From Camelus ferus (lineage: Eukaryota): a DNA stretch of 64,000 bases. Made by a program: the position numbers and the translations under genes. The notes beneath the pieces are model-generated. The model searched no databases and had not been told where the DNA came from. It saw nothing but the letters and a program-made list of their open reading frames with translations. Location: assembly GCF_009834535.1 (NCBI RefSeq), contig NC_045713.1:14694001-14758000 (forward strand), written 5' to 3'. The first letter of the stretch is position 1. Each line of letters begins with the position of its first letter. Positions 35,553-49,463 of the stretch are shown piece after piece.

Positions 35553-36239
35553 TATAAGACAGCAGAATCATCAGTGGTTACAGAAGTGCATAGTTACTTC
35601 CCTTAACTTACTTTTCACCAAGCTTTAAAGTAGTGGTTTTTAATCTTTTTCCTGATTTTGAGAACTTGATGAAAGCCATGAAACCACTTCCTAGAAAATA
35701 CACGTAGTTTTGTAAACAACATAAAAGGTTTACACAATCTCCAAATCCATCGATGTGATCCTCTAGAACTGCGTTGATGGTAGTTAGCTACACTAGCTTC
35801 ATTTTAAGTGCTCAGTAGCCACCATCACAGTAAGCTCTACTGTACCGGGCTGCTCTAGAATTTCATGGACTCTAGGTTAAGAACTTCTGCCCCAAATGAA
35901 CCGCTATAGTTCTGCTGGCCTGTAACCCCACTCCCAGTCAAGTTGGTATTTGACTGTAAAATACTGTGTATAAAAGCTGTTTGCTCTGTCTGAATATAGA
36001 TAGATCTCAAAGAAATGGAGGAATACTAACAGTAATTTTGAATAACTTTAAAAATCTATCCAGCTTTAAGTACCTGTTAATAACCTAAAGTTAAAGAGAT
36101 AGCAAATGGTTCATCCGTCATTCTTACCGTCTCAAGGTATGCAAAGGTTTGTAAACATTCCCATGCCCCATGTCCCGCAACAATAATCCGAGTCACTTTT
36201 CTATGAGATAGGGTAAGCTTTCAGGAATTTGCTGTGCCT

Positions 36240-36880
36240 TAGCAACAGCTAATATTGAATTCATATTAAGTGCCAGGTATGATTCTAAGCATCCTACATA
36301 TGTAAGCGCATTTAATCCTCACCGTTACAAGGTTGGTATAGTAGTATCCTCTCAAAACAGATGATGGAACTGAGGTTTGGGGCTTAGTGAGATTTAATAA
36401 CTTGTCTGAGGTGACATAGTAAATGCCAGAGAAGTGGATATTAGGTCAGAATCTGTTGTCTCCTGAAATATGAATGTCCAAAACATGGGAAAAGTGGGTC
36501 TTACAGGACTCTGAGGTCACATGTCTTAACAAGGTGTTCTGAAATGGACCTATACTAGCTTGTGTTCTGTGAGGCCTCTGGGTCTGCATTTGCCACAGCA
36601 GCTTCCTACCTTTCCTCTGGAGTGGAACAAGAGAGAAAAATACTCAGACTTTTTTACACCCAGTCACTGAAAGTCGACCCTCTCCCTCCATACATCACCC
36701 TTTACCATCATGGCAGCCTGAACTTTAGCGATAGACTAAAATGTGATCCTGGTAAATGAGTTAACTGACACTCTGTAACATGCGGATGATAATACCGTCT
36801 ATTATTATAATATCGTCAACACAATTTTGTGTGTTGTGAGGATCCAGCTGCACGTAAGCAGGTGCTCAGTAAACGACTAC
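36240..36880. mobile_element. MIR fragments
   Basis: gatgatggaactgaggtttggggcttagtgagatttaataacttgtctgaggtgaca (minus) and gtaaatgagttaactga..ctgtaacatgcggatgataata (plus). Confidence 0.55.
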
Positions 36881-37049
36881 TGTTTGTCACGGTTCAATTC
36901 ATGACGCTTCTATCTCCTGAGACCATGGGCCTGACCGTCGTTGGAAGGAAAAGAGGAGCTGGGCCGACCTGGACCGTGGTCACCTGCCTCAAAGCTGGGC
37001 AGCCCTCTCCTCACCAGCACAGACCCTCGACTGCGCCGGCCAGGGAATC

Positions 37050-38520
37050 GACCCTCTGGGTTTCCTTCCATTCGGCTCTCACGATTAAAGTTCACGGCCG
37101 ACCTTGGAGGGAGATGAATAGAGATCTCGCTCCCGCAGGGCTGGACACGCCCCCCCCCCCCAACACACACAAAAAAGCACGCCCCGGGCAAATTTAAAGT
37201 CGGAAGCCGGCGGTGCAGGCTGGATCCCGAGCGGCCCCGGGGGACGTCCAGCCGCCTGCAGCGGGACCCCGGCCGGGCAGAAGATCGCTACGGGCCACAA
37301 GCCCCACTCCCTTCTGACAGCCTCAGTACGGAGCTCTCTGCAGCGCCCCTCTGTCTTCAGGGCGCAGGCGCGATTCGCGCCACCTTGCATCTCCCGGCAG
37401 GCCCCGCGGCGGCGCTGACCCCGGCGGGACCCGCTCTTCCCCGCCTCCCCCAGGAGCCGAGCAGGCGGGCGAGTGAACCGTGGCTCACGTGCCTCTGAGG
37501 CTGCCGGGGCGGTTAGGGACTGCCTTGGAATTCGTTTTGACCGGGACGGTGATTCTTAAACTTGTCTGTGGGGGAAGAATTTCTCGGAGGGGCTCGTTAA
37601 TTCAGATTTTCGGGCTCTACCCTGATACTGAAGCACAGGATCTCGCGTGTCTTAGAGCTTTGCTTTTCACTCAGCTTTCCGAGGGGTTCTGACCTCCCTC
37701 CTGGCCGGCCGGTCACAGCCGATTTGGGTTTAAATTCCAAATGGACTTAGCAAACCAACGCGTCTCTGCCCTCCCCTAGGGACTTCTGGAGCCTCGGCGA
37801 TCGCCCAGTGGCCCGGCCTCTCGTCTCCAATTGGCCCCTCGCTCTTCCCGCCTACGTACGGAAATCTTTTCTTCTGTTTGGTCGGTGGTGCGTCTGTGGC
37901 GAGACCTCACCCAATGGGCACTTGAGTTCCCAGAACGTGACCCGGAAGTTGGTTCCGAGCAGGCGCCGATAGCTGTTGACGCCTAACGCGCGCTGGGACT
38001 TCCGGCGTGGGAGCCAAGCGCCGAGTCCTGCGTGAGTCCGCCGAGAGGGGAAAAACGCGTCGTTCCGGTCCTGCTTTGGGGCGGTCCTGGCGGGGCGGGT
38101 CAGGGGTCGGCGCGGTGGCGCCCAGGACCTACTGAGGCCGAGGGGCCGGAGCCAGCTGCGCCCGAACTGGATCTGGGTTTCCTGGCCGAGACTTGGCGCC
38201 GCGGGCCCCCTGGCTCTTGGGGACTCCGGCCATCCTTGCACGGGGTCCGGAGCGGTTTCCTAGACGGGCGCAGCTGGTTTCGGGGCCAAGGCGCTCCCGG
38301 GGCCTGCAGATGGCGTCGGGTCCGGGCTCCCAGGATCGGGAAGGTCTTCTGATAGTGAAACTGGAAGAGGACTGCGCCTGGAGCCAGGAGCTGCCCCCGC
38401 CAGACCCAGGTCCAAGCCCTGAGGCCTCCCACCTGCGCTTCAGACGGTTCCGCTTCCAAGAGGCCGCTGGGCCCCGGGAAGCACTCAGCCGGCTCCAGGA
38501 GCTTTGCCATGGCTGGCTGC
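37050..38520. promoter_or_regulatory. ZNF263 CpG-island promoter
   Basis: CpG-dense. ETS sites ccggaagt 37942-37949 and acttccgg 37998-38005; CCAAT near 37826 and 37911. Confidence 0.85.
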
Positions 38521-38696
38521 GGCCNNNNNNNNNNNNNNNNNNNNNNNNNNNNNNNNNNNNNNNNNNNNNNNNNNNNNNNNNNNNNNNNNNNNNNNNNNNN
38601 NNNNNNNNNNNNNNNNNNNNNNNNNNNNNNNNNNNNNNNNNNNNNNNNNNNNNNNNNNNNNNNNNNNNNNNNNNNNNNNNGAGATTGAGGCAACAG
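38310..38696 (+). CDS. ZNF263: ZNF263 coding exon 1 (SCAN domain; 38525-38680 masked)
   Basis: [76 protein letters not shown]|gtgaga; 387 nt, in frame across the N-run. Confidence 0.96.
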
Positions 38697-38919
38697 GTGA
38701 GAGAAAGAGCTGTTTTATTTACGGTTTGTTTGGCCCCGAGGACTGGGACATCGCGTTGGCCCAGTTCACCGTGGGAATTTACTTGGTTGCCCTCAGTAGA
38801 CCTTACGTGGGCAAGAGGCCTTTTTGTAGTTTAGTCAGGAACTTTCGTTCTCCAGATTTACCCCAAGTGGATAGAGTGAGCAGTGAAGAGTGCCCTGTTT
38901 CCACATAGAGTCAGTGTCT

Positions 38920-39150
38920 CTGCATTAGTGTGAGCCCAGGAGTCAGCTCGCCAGTTTCAGATCCTCACTGCCCCGTACTAGCTTTTGGACTTTGAGCAAG
39001 TTACTTAATTTCTTTAGGCCTCGGATTTGCCACTGGTGAAATGAGAACAGTAAGATATCTCTAGGGTTGCTTTGAGGATTAGAAAGAGCAGCATGTAGTT
39101 TTGATCACAGTGCCTGGCTTGCAGTTTTAGTGTTTAATAACTGTTAGCTG
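38920..39150 (+). mobile_element. MIR SINE
   Basis: cagatcctcactgcc..tagcttttggactttgagcaagttacttaatttctttaggcctcggattt..ggtgaaatgagaaca. Confidence 0.7.
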
Positions 39151-39584
39151 TTGTTATATAAAGGTCAGCAGTCTAATATCTACAGAGCTGGGTGGCAGTT
39201 AATAGTGGACTTAGAAAAACAGTTTGGCATTGAGGTTCTGAGGGCACTTCCCCCAGGGCCACCTAAGTTTAACTTACCCAGTAGTGAGGAATAGGTGCAT
39301 CTAGAAAAGGTGGAGGAAAGCAAGAGGGAGTGAGGTGTGTCAGAAGAGCTGTGTGGGGAAGGTGTGCACTAGGAGTGAACTCCCCCCACCCCGTCCCACA
39401 ACACACATTTTCTTGGGTGTACACAGGATCAGAAAAGCCTTTAGTGGAAACCATTTTTTTCTCTTGCTGGGTCCAAAGGGATTGCTAGTGGTTCTCTATA
39501 GAAGGCTTGCCCTCAGAATTCTGTACTAATTTCCCNNNNNNNNNNNNNNNNNNNNNNNNNNNNNNNNNNNNNNNNNNNNNNNNN

Positions 39585-39765
39585 NNNNNNNNNNNNNNNN
39601 NNNNNNNNNNNNNNNNNNNNNNNNNNNNNNNNNNNNNNNNNNNNNNNNNNNNNNNNNNNNNNNNNNNNNNNNNNNNNNNNNNNNNNNNNNNAAGCCCTGG
39701 GCCCCAGCTGCAGGAGCTGCTAGGCCCCAGCCCTAAAAGGGACCCCCAAACTGTAAAGGAGAGGG
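39585..39765 (+). CDS. ZNF263: ZNF263 coding exon 2 (5' part masked; start inferred)
   Basis: Visible SPGPQLQELLGPSPKRDPQTVKER g|gtgagg. Start assumes the human 181-nt length. Confidence 0.8.
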
Positions 39766-40191
39766 GTGAGGAACAGTTATCTGGGCAGGTGGGAGGGAGG
39801 AAGGGCTTTGGGATTGAGCAGTACTGCCCAGGAAAGGGCATTTCTGACCTGAGGGTTGTCAGGTGTGGAGTAAAAGACCTAAAAGTGGTTTGGGTTCCTC
39901 TGGGGGTGGGAGGAGGAGGTGGGGGGATCTATTATTAAGCCCTTTTGTATGCAGAACAGAGACATTTAGAGCTGAATGAATGATTGAGGACTTTTAATAC
40001 CTGGGCCAGCAGGAGACTGCTGGTATTCTGTCGTTTTGGATACCACTTTATGCCTCAGTTGCTTTCTTTTGTTCAGTGTTGCATCCTCAAAGCAGAGCCT
40101 GGGTGTTGGGGAATGGATACTGTGTCATAATAATCCTTGGGTTGCCAAGGACTAGGAATGCCATTCTCATCATAATTTCTGTCACCTTCAG

Positions 40192-40265
40192 CATTATCTG
40201 CTCCCTGGCTTTCTCTCTTTCCTCCTGAAGGAAACATGGAAGACAAGGAGCTGACTGGGCCCCAG
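40192..40265 (+). CDS. ZNF263: ZNF263 coding exon 3 (74 nt)
   Basis: ALSAPWLSLFPPEGNMEDKELTGPQ; ttcag acceptor, gtgatg donor. Confidence 0.92.
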
Positions 40266-40389
40266 GTGATGTCGAAATTCTCATTGTCTCCCCCTAGTCT
40301 GCTTCACCACATGCATCTCCCCCACCTTCTTTGTCTCCTCCACACCTCACTTGTAGGCCTGGCACCCTGCTTCCCCATGAAATGTGTCC

Positions 40390-40641
40390 NNNNNNNNNNN
40401 NNNNNNNNNNNNNNNNNNNNNNNNNNNNNNNNNNNNNNNNNNNNNNNNNNNNNNNNNNNNNNNNNNNNNNNNNNNNNNNNNNNNNNNNNNNNNNNNNNNN
40501 NNNNNNNNNNNNNNNNNNNNNNNNNNNNNNNNNNNNNNNNNNNNNNNNNNNNNNNNNNNNNNNNNNNNNNNNNNNNNNNNNNNNNNNNNNNNNNNNNNNN
40601 NNNNNNNNNNNNNNNNNNNNNNNNNNNNNNNNNNNNNNNNN
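40390..40641 (+). other. ZNF263: N-run predicted to hide the ZNF263 KRAB-A exon (127 nt)
   Basis: Exon 3 ends in phase 0 and exon 5 starts in phase 1, so a 127-nt KRAB-A exon is needed. None is visible elsewhere in the intron. Confidence 0.55.
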
Positions 40642-42115
40642 GCCATTTCTAACCAGGGTCCTGTCCCTTAGCCACTCACCTCCGGATATAAGTTCTGAGT
40701 TTTGCCGGAAGACCTGTCTTTGTCTAAAGTCCCCTGGTCTAGGATTAGTAAAATATTTGCCAAGTGCCACAGTTGGTACACTTACAGACCCAGGCTGCCA
40801 GAGCCGAAGGCAGGGAGTCTGACTTCCAGGGCAGAACAAATCAAATCCAGTGATGCACCACACCCACTCCCCTCCCCTACACCGCCCCATCACACGCAGT
40901 GTCACAGGATGCTCTGAGGCTTTAAGTTTTTGATCCCTGGCAATTTCAAAATGCTTACTCTCCTGACCTCACTTATATTATCTAGGCTCCATTTGTATTT
41001 CTGGGCCCGTCCCCAAAGACACAAATTTCAGGGGCTGTGGCATCAACATTCCAGCTTAGTGGCTGTCCCAGTCCTTAAAAATTCAGGAAAGGGAAAGGCT
41101 TTGTGGAAATTTGGAAATGATATATCCAAAACAGGGTCTAAGTAAGTTAAGCATAAATTAAGATGCATCTGTGTGTTGAACTATCTATCATGCAGAGATT
41201 AAAAATGAGGTCTGTGAAATAAGACAAAAAAATCAATAGTTGGATTTAGGTGGAGAGTGTACAGATATTGTATAATTCCTTTTTTTTCCTGCATGTGTGA
41301 AAATCCTCACAATAACAAGTTGGAGGAAGTCAAAAAACAACATGGAACAGGACTGTGTACATTATCATCATAGCTCCGCTGATGCACACAATAGAAAAGA
41401 GTCACCCTGCACTTTGTTCTCATGTGAGGTTTTTGCAAAGAGAAGCACCGCTATCATCTCACTTGAACTAGTTTGCAAGGGAGTTCCTGCTGGGTTTGAT
41501 TGCCTTCTCCGCATTCTCTCTCACTGCCATGGCTTGGTGCCCAAAGTTGAGCACAGCTCTTTCAGTGAGTGCCAGGTAGGAGGAGAAGATTGCAAGTTCT
41601 TGGAGTGAAACCTTTTAGAGTCCCATGTTTGCTGCCATTGGAGTGAGCACAGTACAGGAATGGCACTTTTGGGTTTTAATCTCAGAGTCCCAAGTCCTTT
41701 TCCAATTGTCCAGTATATTATATTTTCTCTTTCTGGAGCTAACCAGTCATACTTAGTTCTATTTTATATTGATTTGTAAGAGTCAAGACTCTTTTACATT
41801 AGTAAGCTGATTCCTCAAGGACCTGACTACCCATTTGATTGTTGTTTTAATTAAAAGTTTTACATTCTCGTTGCAAAAAATCCCAAGTAGCACAAATATG
41901 TAAAGAGGAAAAAACCCCTTAGTCTCCCTCCCCTCATTTCTTTCTCTAGAGGTGACCAGTGGGTGGAGTTTAGTGTATGTTCCAAGTAATTACTGTCAGA
42001 CTTACTGCACCTTCTGTACCTGTCCGCTCAGGGCAGGGAACAAGACTTACCTTTGTTTCCCCTGCCTGGTCGAGGAATGTGTGACATAGAAATCCTTTTC
42101 TTTCATTGTGAACAG

Positions 42116-42232
42116 AGTCTCAGGTTCCCAGTCAGGAGGCCCTGAGCGCCCAGGTGGAACAAGGAGGAAAGCCATGGGATCCCAATGTCCAGGCTTGCAA
42201 GGAGGGCCTGAGCCCCAGAAGCCCAGCTGCAG
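42116..42232 (+). CDS. ZNF263: ZNF263 coding exon 5 (117 nt)
   Basis: SQVPSQEALSAQVEQGGKPWDPNVQACKEGLSPRSPAA; aacag acceptor, gtaagg donor. Confidence 0.92.
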
Positions 42233-42742
42233 GTAAGGAGTGAAGTTGAGCGGCCTGACCAGCTGGCCTCCGCTGTTGAGAATGAGGCATTTGAGGTTTT
42301 GGTGTAAGGCTAGCCCGTCACCACTGCCAGGGAGGTACTTGGCTTCCCGTGGGTCCCCACTGCCCACTTCTATCCTAGTGATGGCAGGCGAGGCTCCCAG
42401 GGTGCAAAACATAAGGAAGTGTTCAATCTTGGGCTCCCTTGCCCATCCTGGTCCCAGTCCTGCGCCATCTCCCCATTCCCCAAGGGCAGAAGCCAGTGGC
42501 TCAGTTGAAGAGGGAGTGGGGCCCTTACCAGGGAATTCAAGATGGGTTTGAGCTCTGATTCCTGAGCAATGGCCATGCTCCTTATATGGATGCCTGTCTA
42601 GAGTGCTTTCCATCTGTGGGGGAGACGGGAGACAGGTAAAGCCAGCCCCTCTGGACTTCTGACCTGCGGGTAGTAGGTCACGTGGGGTTTCCTTTTCTCT
42701 GGTGTAGAAATAATACGGGTTTGGTTTCTCTAACTCTTCCAG

Positions 42743-43911
42743 GGGAAGAGAAATTTGAGAACCTGGAAGACAGTGCTCAGTCCAGTTCCCCTGAGAGTGT
42801 CCACCCTCAGGCGCTGCAGCCTGGCCAGGCCAGAGGGGAGGTACCCTGGAGCCCGGAGCAGGGAAGGCCTCAGGACAGGGCGGAAGAGCCCTGGGAGCCT
42901 CCCCCAGAGGATCGGACGGAACAGTCCTTAGTGGGGGCCACCAGTTGCAGAGAACTAGGGCGACCAAAGGAACTGCAGCCTAAGAAGCTCCACTTATGTC
43001 CCTTGTGTGGCAAAAATTTCTCTAACAACTCAAATCTAATTAGGCACCAGAGAATCCATGCAGCGGAAAGACTGTGTATGGGGGTGGAGTGCGCAGAAAT
43101 CTTCGGTGGGAACCCACACTTGCTGTCACTACACAGAGCCCACTTGGGAGAGGAGGCCCATAAGTGCCTGGAATGTGGCAAAAGCTTCAGTCAGAACACC
43201 CACCTGACTCGCCACCGGCGCACCCACACAGGCGAGAAGCCCTATCAGTGTAACGTGTGTGGAAAAAGCTTCTCTTGCAACTCCAACCTCCACAGGCACC
43301 AGAGAACGCACACAGGCGAGAAGCCCTATAAGTGCCCTGAATGCGGGGAGATCTTCGCCCACAGTTCCAACCTCCTCAGGCACCAAAGGATTCACACAGG
43401 AGAGAGACCTTACAAGTGTGCCGAGTGTGGGAAAAGTTTCTCTCGAAGTTCACACCTTGTCATCCATGAGAGAACTCATGAGAAAGAGAGGCTTTACCCC
43501 TTCTCTGAGTGTGGGGAAGCCACGAGTGACAGCACTCTCTTTCTTACAAATCAGGGGACCCATAAGGCAGAGAAAAAACTCTTTGAATGTTTGACTTGTG
43601 GGAAAAGCTTCCGACAGGGCATGCACCTGACCAGACATCAGAGAACGCACACGGGGGAGAAACCCTATAAATGTAGCCTCTGCGGGGAAAACTTCTCTCA
43701 CAGATCCAACTTAATCAGGCACCAGAGAATTCACACGGGAGAGAAACCCTATACCTGTCATGAATGTGGAGACAGTTTCTCTCACAGCTCCAATCGGATT
43801 CGTCATCTGAGAACCCACACGGGAGAGAGACCCTATAAATGTTCTGAATGTGGAGAAAGCTTTTCTCGGAGTTCACGCCTTATGAGTCATCAGAGAACTC
43901 ACACTGGGTAG
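42743..43911 (+). CDS. ZNF263: ZNF263 last exon, C2H2 zinc-finger array
   Basis: GEEKFENLE..KKLHLCPLCGKNFSNNSNLIRHQRIH.. nine intact C2H2 fingers ..SRLMSHQRTHTG*. Confidence 0.97.
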
Positions 43912-46900
43912 AAACAGTGGGGTTTTTTCTTGGCCCCCCCCCCCCCCATAAGGTGGCATATTCAGAGGGTTTTGTTGTTAAGAGCTGGTATTTCTCACCC
44001 AGCTGACCAAATGATGTGCGTTTTAAGGTAACTGGGGAGGGTCACTGTGAGGGAGGTGCAGAGGCAGGAAATGATTAGCACAAAACTGAAAAGGAATTCT
44101 GATTGAACTGGTGAGGACAGGCAAGTCTTTGAGGGGACCTGCTCAGGGTGGACTTTTCTCTGACATTCTTCTTGTCCCAGGGCACACCTCCCCCCTCAGT
44201 ATATTAAGCCAGCTTACGACTTGGGTGCCTTACTGTGTCCAGTATCCCAACAACTAGGGGAGTCTGTGGACTTTCTGTTGCTGCTTCCTCACTTGGGACA
44301 CTTGGCAGGAGCATTTGGGCTCCTGGGGCCCTTGAGACCAAAGAAGTCTCCTGGGAAGCCAGCTGGAGGCACCAAAAGACTGGTAGTGAGTTGCAGCTCT
44401 CCTGAAGGCCTGGCTGGGAGGCCACAGGCCGCCTGGGGCAGCCAGCACCGCCCCCTCAGTGGCTTGACAGTAGGGCTCGTTGGCAGGTCATGCATGTAAA
44501 TTTCACCTCAAACAAAAAGGAACCAGAGACCAGGTCAGCCCAGGAGTTGGCGGAGGAAAACAGTCTGAGTTAATGTACCCTTTACAGAGATTGAGTCTTC
44601 AGAGGGTTCCATGAAAGATGGTTTCCCTGGGAGACTTTGAAAATGTGGATCCTGGTAAAATTCGGGATCATGCCTTGCCCTGTTGAAAATATATTTCGAT
44701 GGTAATAAATATCTTCAGGAAACATGAATGTGTGTGGCTCGTCATTGAGGGTCTTTTTCTTGTCCTCCAGTGTTGATCTGTCTTCCATCTGCTTTGGTTA
44801 GAGGATCTGCTTTCTCTTTGTGGTCTTACTGGGCAGCTCCAGGCAGGGACTGCTATGTGGTAGCAAAAGGTCAAGCCCAGTGGCTGCCTGGGGTGATGTC
44901 ATAAGGGTGTCCTAGAAGGATTTGTTTTTCTACTCTGGTGTACAGCAATGAAAATGTGTTTCTTTGTTTAGAATGTTTACTTTCTTGTAAAGTAGCTAAA
45001 GGAAGGCCTGGCTCTTCAAAGACAAGTTAGTTTGGTCTAGCAAATGTTTCCCAGGGAAAAGATGGTCCTGATATAACTGAGTTACGAGTGGAGGGAGATA
45101 TTGGGGAGGGCAAAATTATTAGGGGAAAGCATTACATTTTAGAATAGGGAACCAGGAATTCTAGGAGTATGTATCTATGGGAAAGAGGTCGAATATGAGG
45201 AGAGATTCTGGGAGTAGAAAATTCTGATACCAGGACAACATCTCAGGATTTGGTCCTGGAGGAAGGTATCTAAGTAGCTGTTCATCGGGAGAAAAAGATG
45301 AAACGTTCCTTTGGCAACTGGCTATTAAATATTGCAATTTTAAGTGAGGGAAACAACCCTGCATGCCCTTTACCTTTGCTTATCAGTCTTAGCTCTGCCT
45401 CAATGTAGTAAGAGTTTTTCCTTGGTTTTCTGTGCCAATTTTAGAAAATCTTCCTGTTTCGCATTTCTGTCCCTTTCTCTTACCCACAAGAGGGCAGTGG
45501 TAGTGTAGGGGTTGGGGGTCAGGGTAGGGAGGCAAGGCTTTGACAAACATTAGTGTAGGATCAGCACTGGTAGGAGCAGGACAAAGCTAATGTGGCTGCT
45601 GATGGCATGAAATGGGTGGGTAGTGGAAAACTGATGTTACTAAGCACTCTCTGGTTAAGATGGGAACTTAAGTGGATTACAAATCTTAAGGGAATGGAAA
45701 GCACCCTCCCCTTCAGATCTCCCCTGCCTCTCATCACCCATACAGATCTGTGATGGGGTCTAACTGGCATTGCTCCTACTTGGGAGAACTGCAGCTTGGG
45801 GCCAGAGCACTGGGGACCCCCAGGTATTCACTCCCAGCACTGAAAAGGCTTTCCAATAGGAGACTTGACCCAGTCCCCAGTCTGGCTCCCCTGCTAGCAA
45901 ACTTAACGTGTAGAGCTGTTCTTGGTCTTGTTTTAATGAGATGATGTCACACAATATTGCGTGTAAAACACTTAGCACAGAGCCTGGCACGTAGAAAATT
46001 AATTTCATCTACTTGTGCCATCTGTGAGCAGATAATAGGGCAAATTGCCTTTATTCTAAGCACCTGGCGGGAATTTAGGGTAACAGGCAGGATTGACAAC
46101 TTCTTCCTTGTAGTCATATTTCAAAAAGCAGGCCAGAGGCCCTTACTGCAGGCTCCTGTGAAGTCACTGCAAGGGATGGCCAAGTATATATACTCTTACA
46201 GTACACACATACTTTTTACACTAATACTTTTACCCAGCTAGTCATCTTGAGAATAACCAGAACAGATTCCAACTGACTTTTTATGTCAGAGGGAGACTAA
46301 CGCAGTGGGTAATAAAGACCCCTATCCCCTTAGTCCAAATGGAGATCTGGGAGATGTGGACTGACCCTGAGCATCAGCCAAACACTCTTGTAGCAAAGGT
46401 AGCACAGGAAATCAGCAGAAAGGCTCCTGGGTGGAGAATCAGGACCACATTTAGGCAATGTGAAAAGGCCTGGTAGACACAGATAAAAAGCAGCAGGGCC
46501 AATGTTGATAACGACAAAGCCCTGTGACACCAGAGACCAGAAGAAGTGTAAAGATAGCACTAAGTTTTTTTGTTCTTTTGTTTTTCCCAAGAAAAAGCCA
46601 TCAGAAGTCACTTTAAGAATTTTTACTGTAGTAATGTATGAACTTACAGGTCTTAGTAACATGAAATTTGGTTTCAGATTCCAAACCCTTTAAAGAAGAG
46701 TTTAGTGTTTGAATCATTTACATTACCAACTGATAAAATTTTAGAGAGTGCTTTAAGACTTGTAATTTTTGTAAACCTTTCACAAACATCTGAAACAACT
46801 ATGTAAAAGGGTTTTAATGTTGTGTTACAGGAAACCAACTATCCAATTTATTAGCACTAGAAGGCTAACTGCTTTGGGTGTCAGAACTCAAGAACAGAAA

Positions 46901-47589
46901 GATGAATTAAAGCAAAAGTCATTTATTAGAAGTATTTTCTTTGTAGGTCTTTTTTTTCTTAGAAGCATTTTCTTTTAGTCCTCAATCTAGCTTGCAATCA
47001 CTTCTGATTAAAAATTGGCTTCCATTTCTGAAAGGGAGACTGATAATTCCTTCTGATCATATAATTCTTACTAAGAGGGGTTGTCTAGCCACCTTGCTAC
47101 ACAGTTAGGAGGCAGTGGGAATGGTCTAGTAAATTCAACAATGTCAAAATAGTTGATGAAAAATGGCTCAGCCCCTCCACCCCAAACTTCAACAGACCTT
47201 CCAGTTAATATCCTCACTTCATCACTGAGACACCTTGAATGTCCCAGAAGCTTCTGTTAAGAAATCAAAACTGGTGGTTCAAACCTGCTTAAGGGAGAGT
47301 AAGATTTCCCCAGGCAGAAAGGATGGGAAAAGAAAATACTAAGTTACTGAAATCCTAGGGATGTATTTCTGGACATAATGAGGAACTGTGTTTCCCTCTC
47401 CATCAGGAAAACGTTCTATGACCTGGGTGTGGTTCCCCAGGCAGAGGGTGAAGCTGCCCTTGAAGGGATTCCCGTTCTCTTGGGAGAGGGTCCAGTTTAA
47501 GTTTGGGAATCTCGCCCCAGCCACTGGAAGGGGTGCCTGCGTTTCTCCAAGGAGCTCCAGGCTTCGGAAATGATTTCCAGAACCCAAAA

Positions 47590-48340
47590 CTTTAGTCCTT
47601 TCTCAGGCTTGGGAATAGTAAAAGAGTCTACGGGTCCCGCAACTTCGCCTTCCGGCGGCATCGGGCACCGGACGGGGCGCGGCGCTAGAACCGCCGGCGT
47701 GCCGCACCCGGCTGGCCCAGTGGAGGACGGCTCCCGCGCCCGCCCCGGGAGGCGCTAGGGCGGCTAGGGCGGTGGGTAGCATTTGGCGGCTGCGTCCCAA
47801 CAAACCTTTCCACCCTCCGTCCTGGGCCTCGGGGCTGCCTCTGGCCCCGTCCGCCCGCACCTGCCACGTACCCCTCCGAGGCCGCCCTTCAGAGCCCGGG
47901 GGACCGCGGGCGCGCGCTCTCCTCAGGCCCGCCCTCCGCCCACGGTCCTCCCCGCCCCAACCGCCGGGCCTAGCCCGGCCTGCGGGCTCAGACTCCGGTG
48001 TTGGGCCGGCCCACGCGGCGCAGGGTTTCCCTTTCCTTCCTCCGGAGCCGTCACGGGCGGCGCTTGCAGCCCCGAAACTTCCCAGTCCCTCAGGTGCGCG
48101 TGCGCCACCCGGGGGCCGCCGGCGGGGCTGGGTGGTCCAACGGGGGGCGAGCGAAGAGCCGAGTGGGGGAGGGCAGGAGAAAGGGGCGTCTAGGGGGTCG
48201 GGGAAGGACGGGCCTAGGAGCCCCCGAAAGACCTTCGACAGGGGGGACGCCTCCTCAGTTTTGTTTTAGTTAGCTCACTCTGGCCGCAGGGTGGGGAACG
48301 GATGGGAAGAGGACAAGAAAGAAGAGCAGGGAGACTAGAG
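47590..48340. promoter_or_regulatory. Orphan CpG island between the ZNF263 and TIGD7 3' ends
   Basis: Very GC/CpG-rich. NRF1-like tgcgcgtgcgcc 48095-48106 and GC boxes. No recognisable protein in its ORFs. Confidence 0.7.
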
Positions 48341-49463
48341 ACCCGTGCAGTCGTCCAGGTAGAGTGATGTCGGCTTAGGACCAGGAAACAAGCAGTGAGG
48401 AGGGAGAAGTGGAGATGCGATGAGACATTCGGGAGGTAGAGCTGACAGGACTTTACGTGTGTCCAGCCCTAAGCCTGAATTCTTAGAATGACCTCCAAAG
48501 GCATTGAAAATCTGGCCCTGACTTCTTTCCTCCTTTTCTCTGCCAGCTGCACCTACAGCCACCATCCAGGGACCTCGCAGCTTCCCAAGGAGATGCACCC
48601 CACAGGCTCCCTTTGCCGGACTGTCCTCCCTCCTTCCCCCAAACTTTAAAGCCCAGCTCAAAAGTCACACTTGACTCAGATACTTCCCTACTATGCAAGC
48701 GCTCTCAAAGCCCTCTCTGTACACACCCAACAGTGGTTTGTTTCTATTCCTTTTCTAATTCAGGTCTAAATGCTCAACAACTTACTCTGCTTGGCATGGA
48801 AAGGCAACGTGAAATTTGCAGAATCAATGAATACTTTTGAAAAGGGTGTAACTGCCGGTCATTTATTATGGAAATTTATGACCATTGGGGAAAACCAGAT
48901 GTTTAATGCAATGAACTAGAGAGCTGTCCAGTATGCTTATCTCACATTCTCCCTCAACTTCTTCCACAATACCGGTCTATCCTAGGCTTGAAAGGTGTCT
49001 CAACAAATGCTAACTTTTAAGTAACAAAAATGTTAAGACAATAAGATATAAAATTGTATTTACAATATAACCTACTATTTAAAAATATATGAAATATACC
49101 AAAGCATTAAGAGAGCCTACCGGTGGACGGAATTTGGGTGATTATCTTTTTTGTGTGTGTATCTTTTATAACGAGCATATGTCTTCCACAGTAAGAGGAA
49201 AACAAATACTAAACAGATGGTTAACAGATTTAAGAGAGCAGAGCATGTCATAGCACTAAATTGAAAACCAAATCCTTTTTTATCTTCTTAACTAGTCAGC
49301 ATATACATAGCTTGTTATATGCCTTGAACACATTTAGATTTTAATGCTTTTCCCACATCCATCCCACCTTAGATAATGAGACAGTAGTTCCTCATTATTC
49401 AAATCTTTGTCTAAAATAGAAAAATATGGATGAATGAATATATTTATACATTAAAAACATAAA

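Noticed and set aside
42047-42967. 306-aa minus-strand ORF antisense to ZNF263
   Set aside because: No recognisable domain and a non-ATG start; it spans an intron and two exons of the real plus-strand gene.
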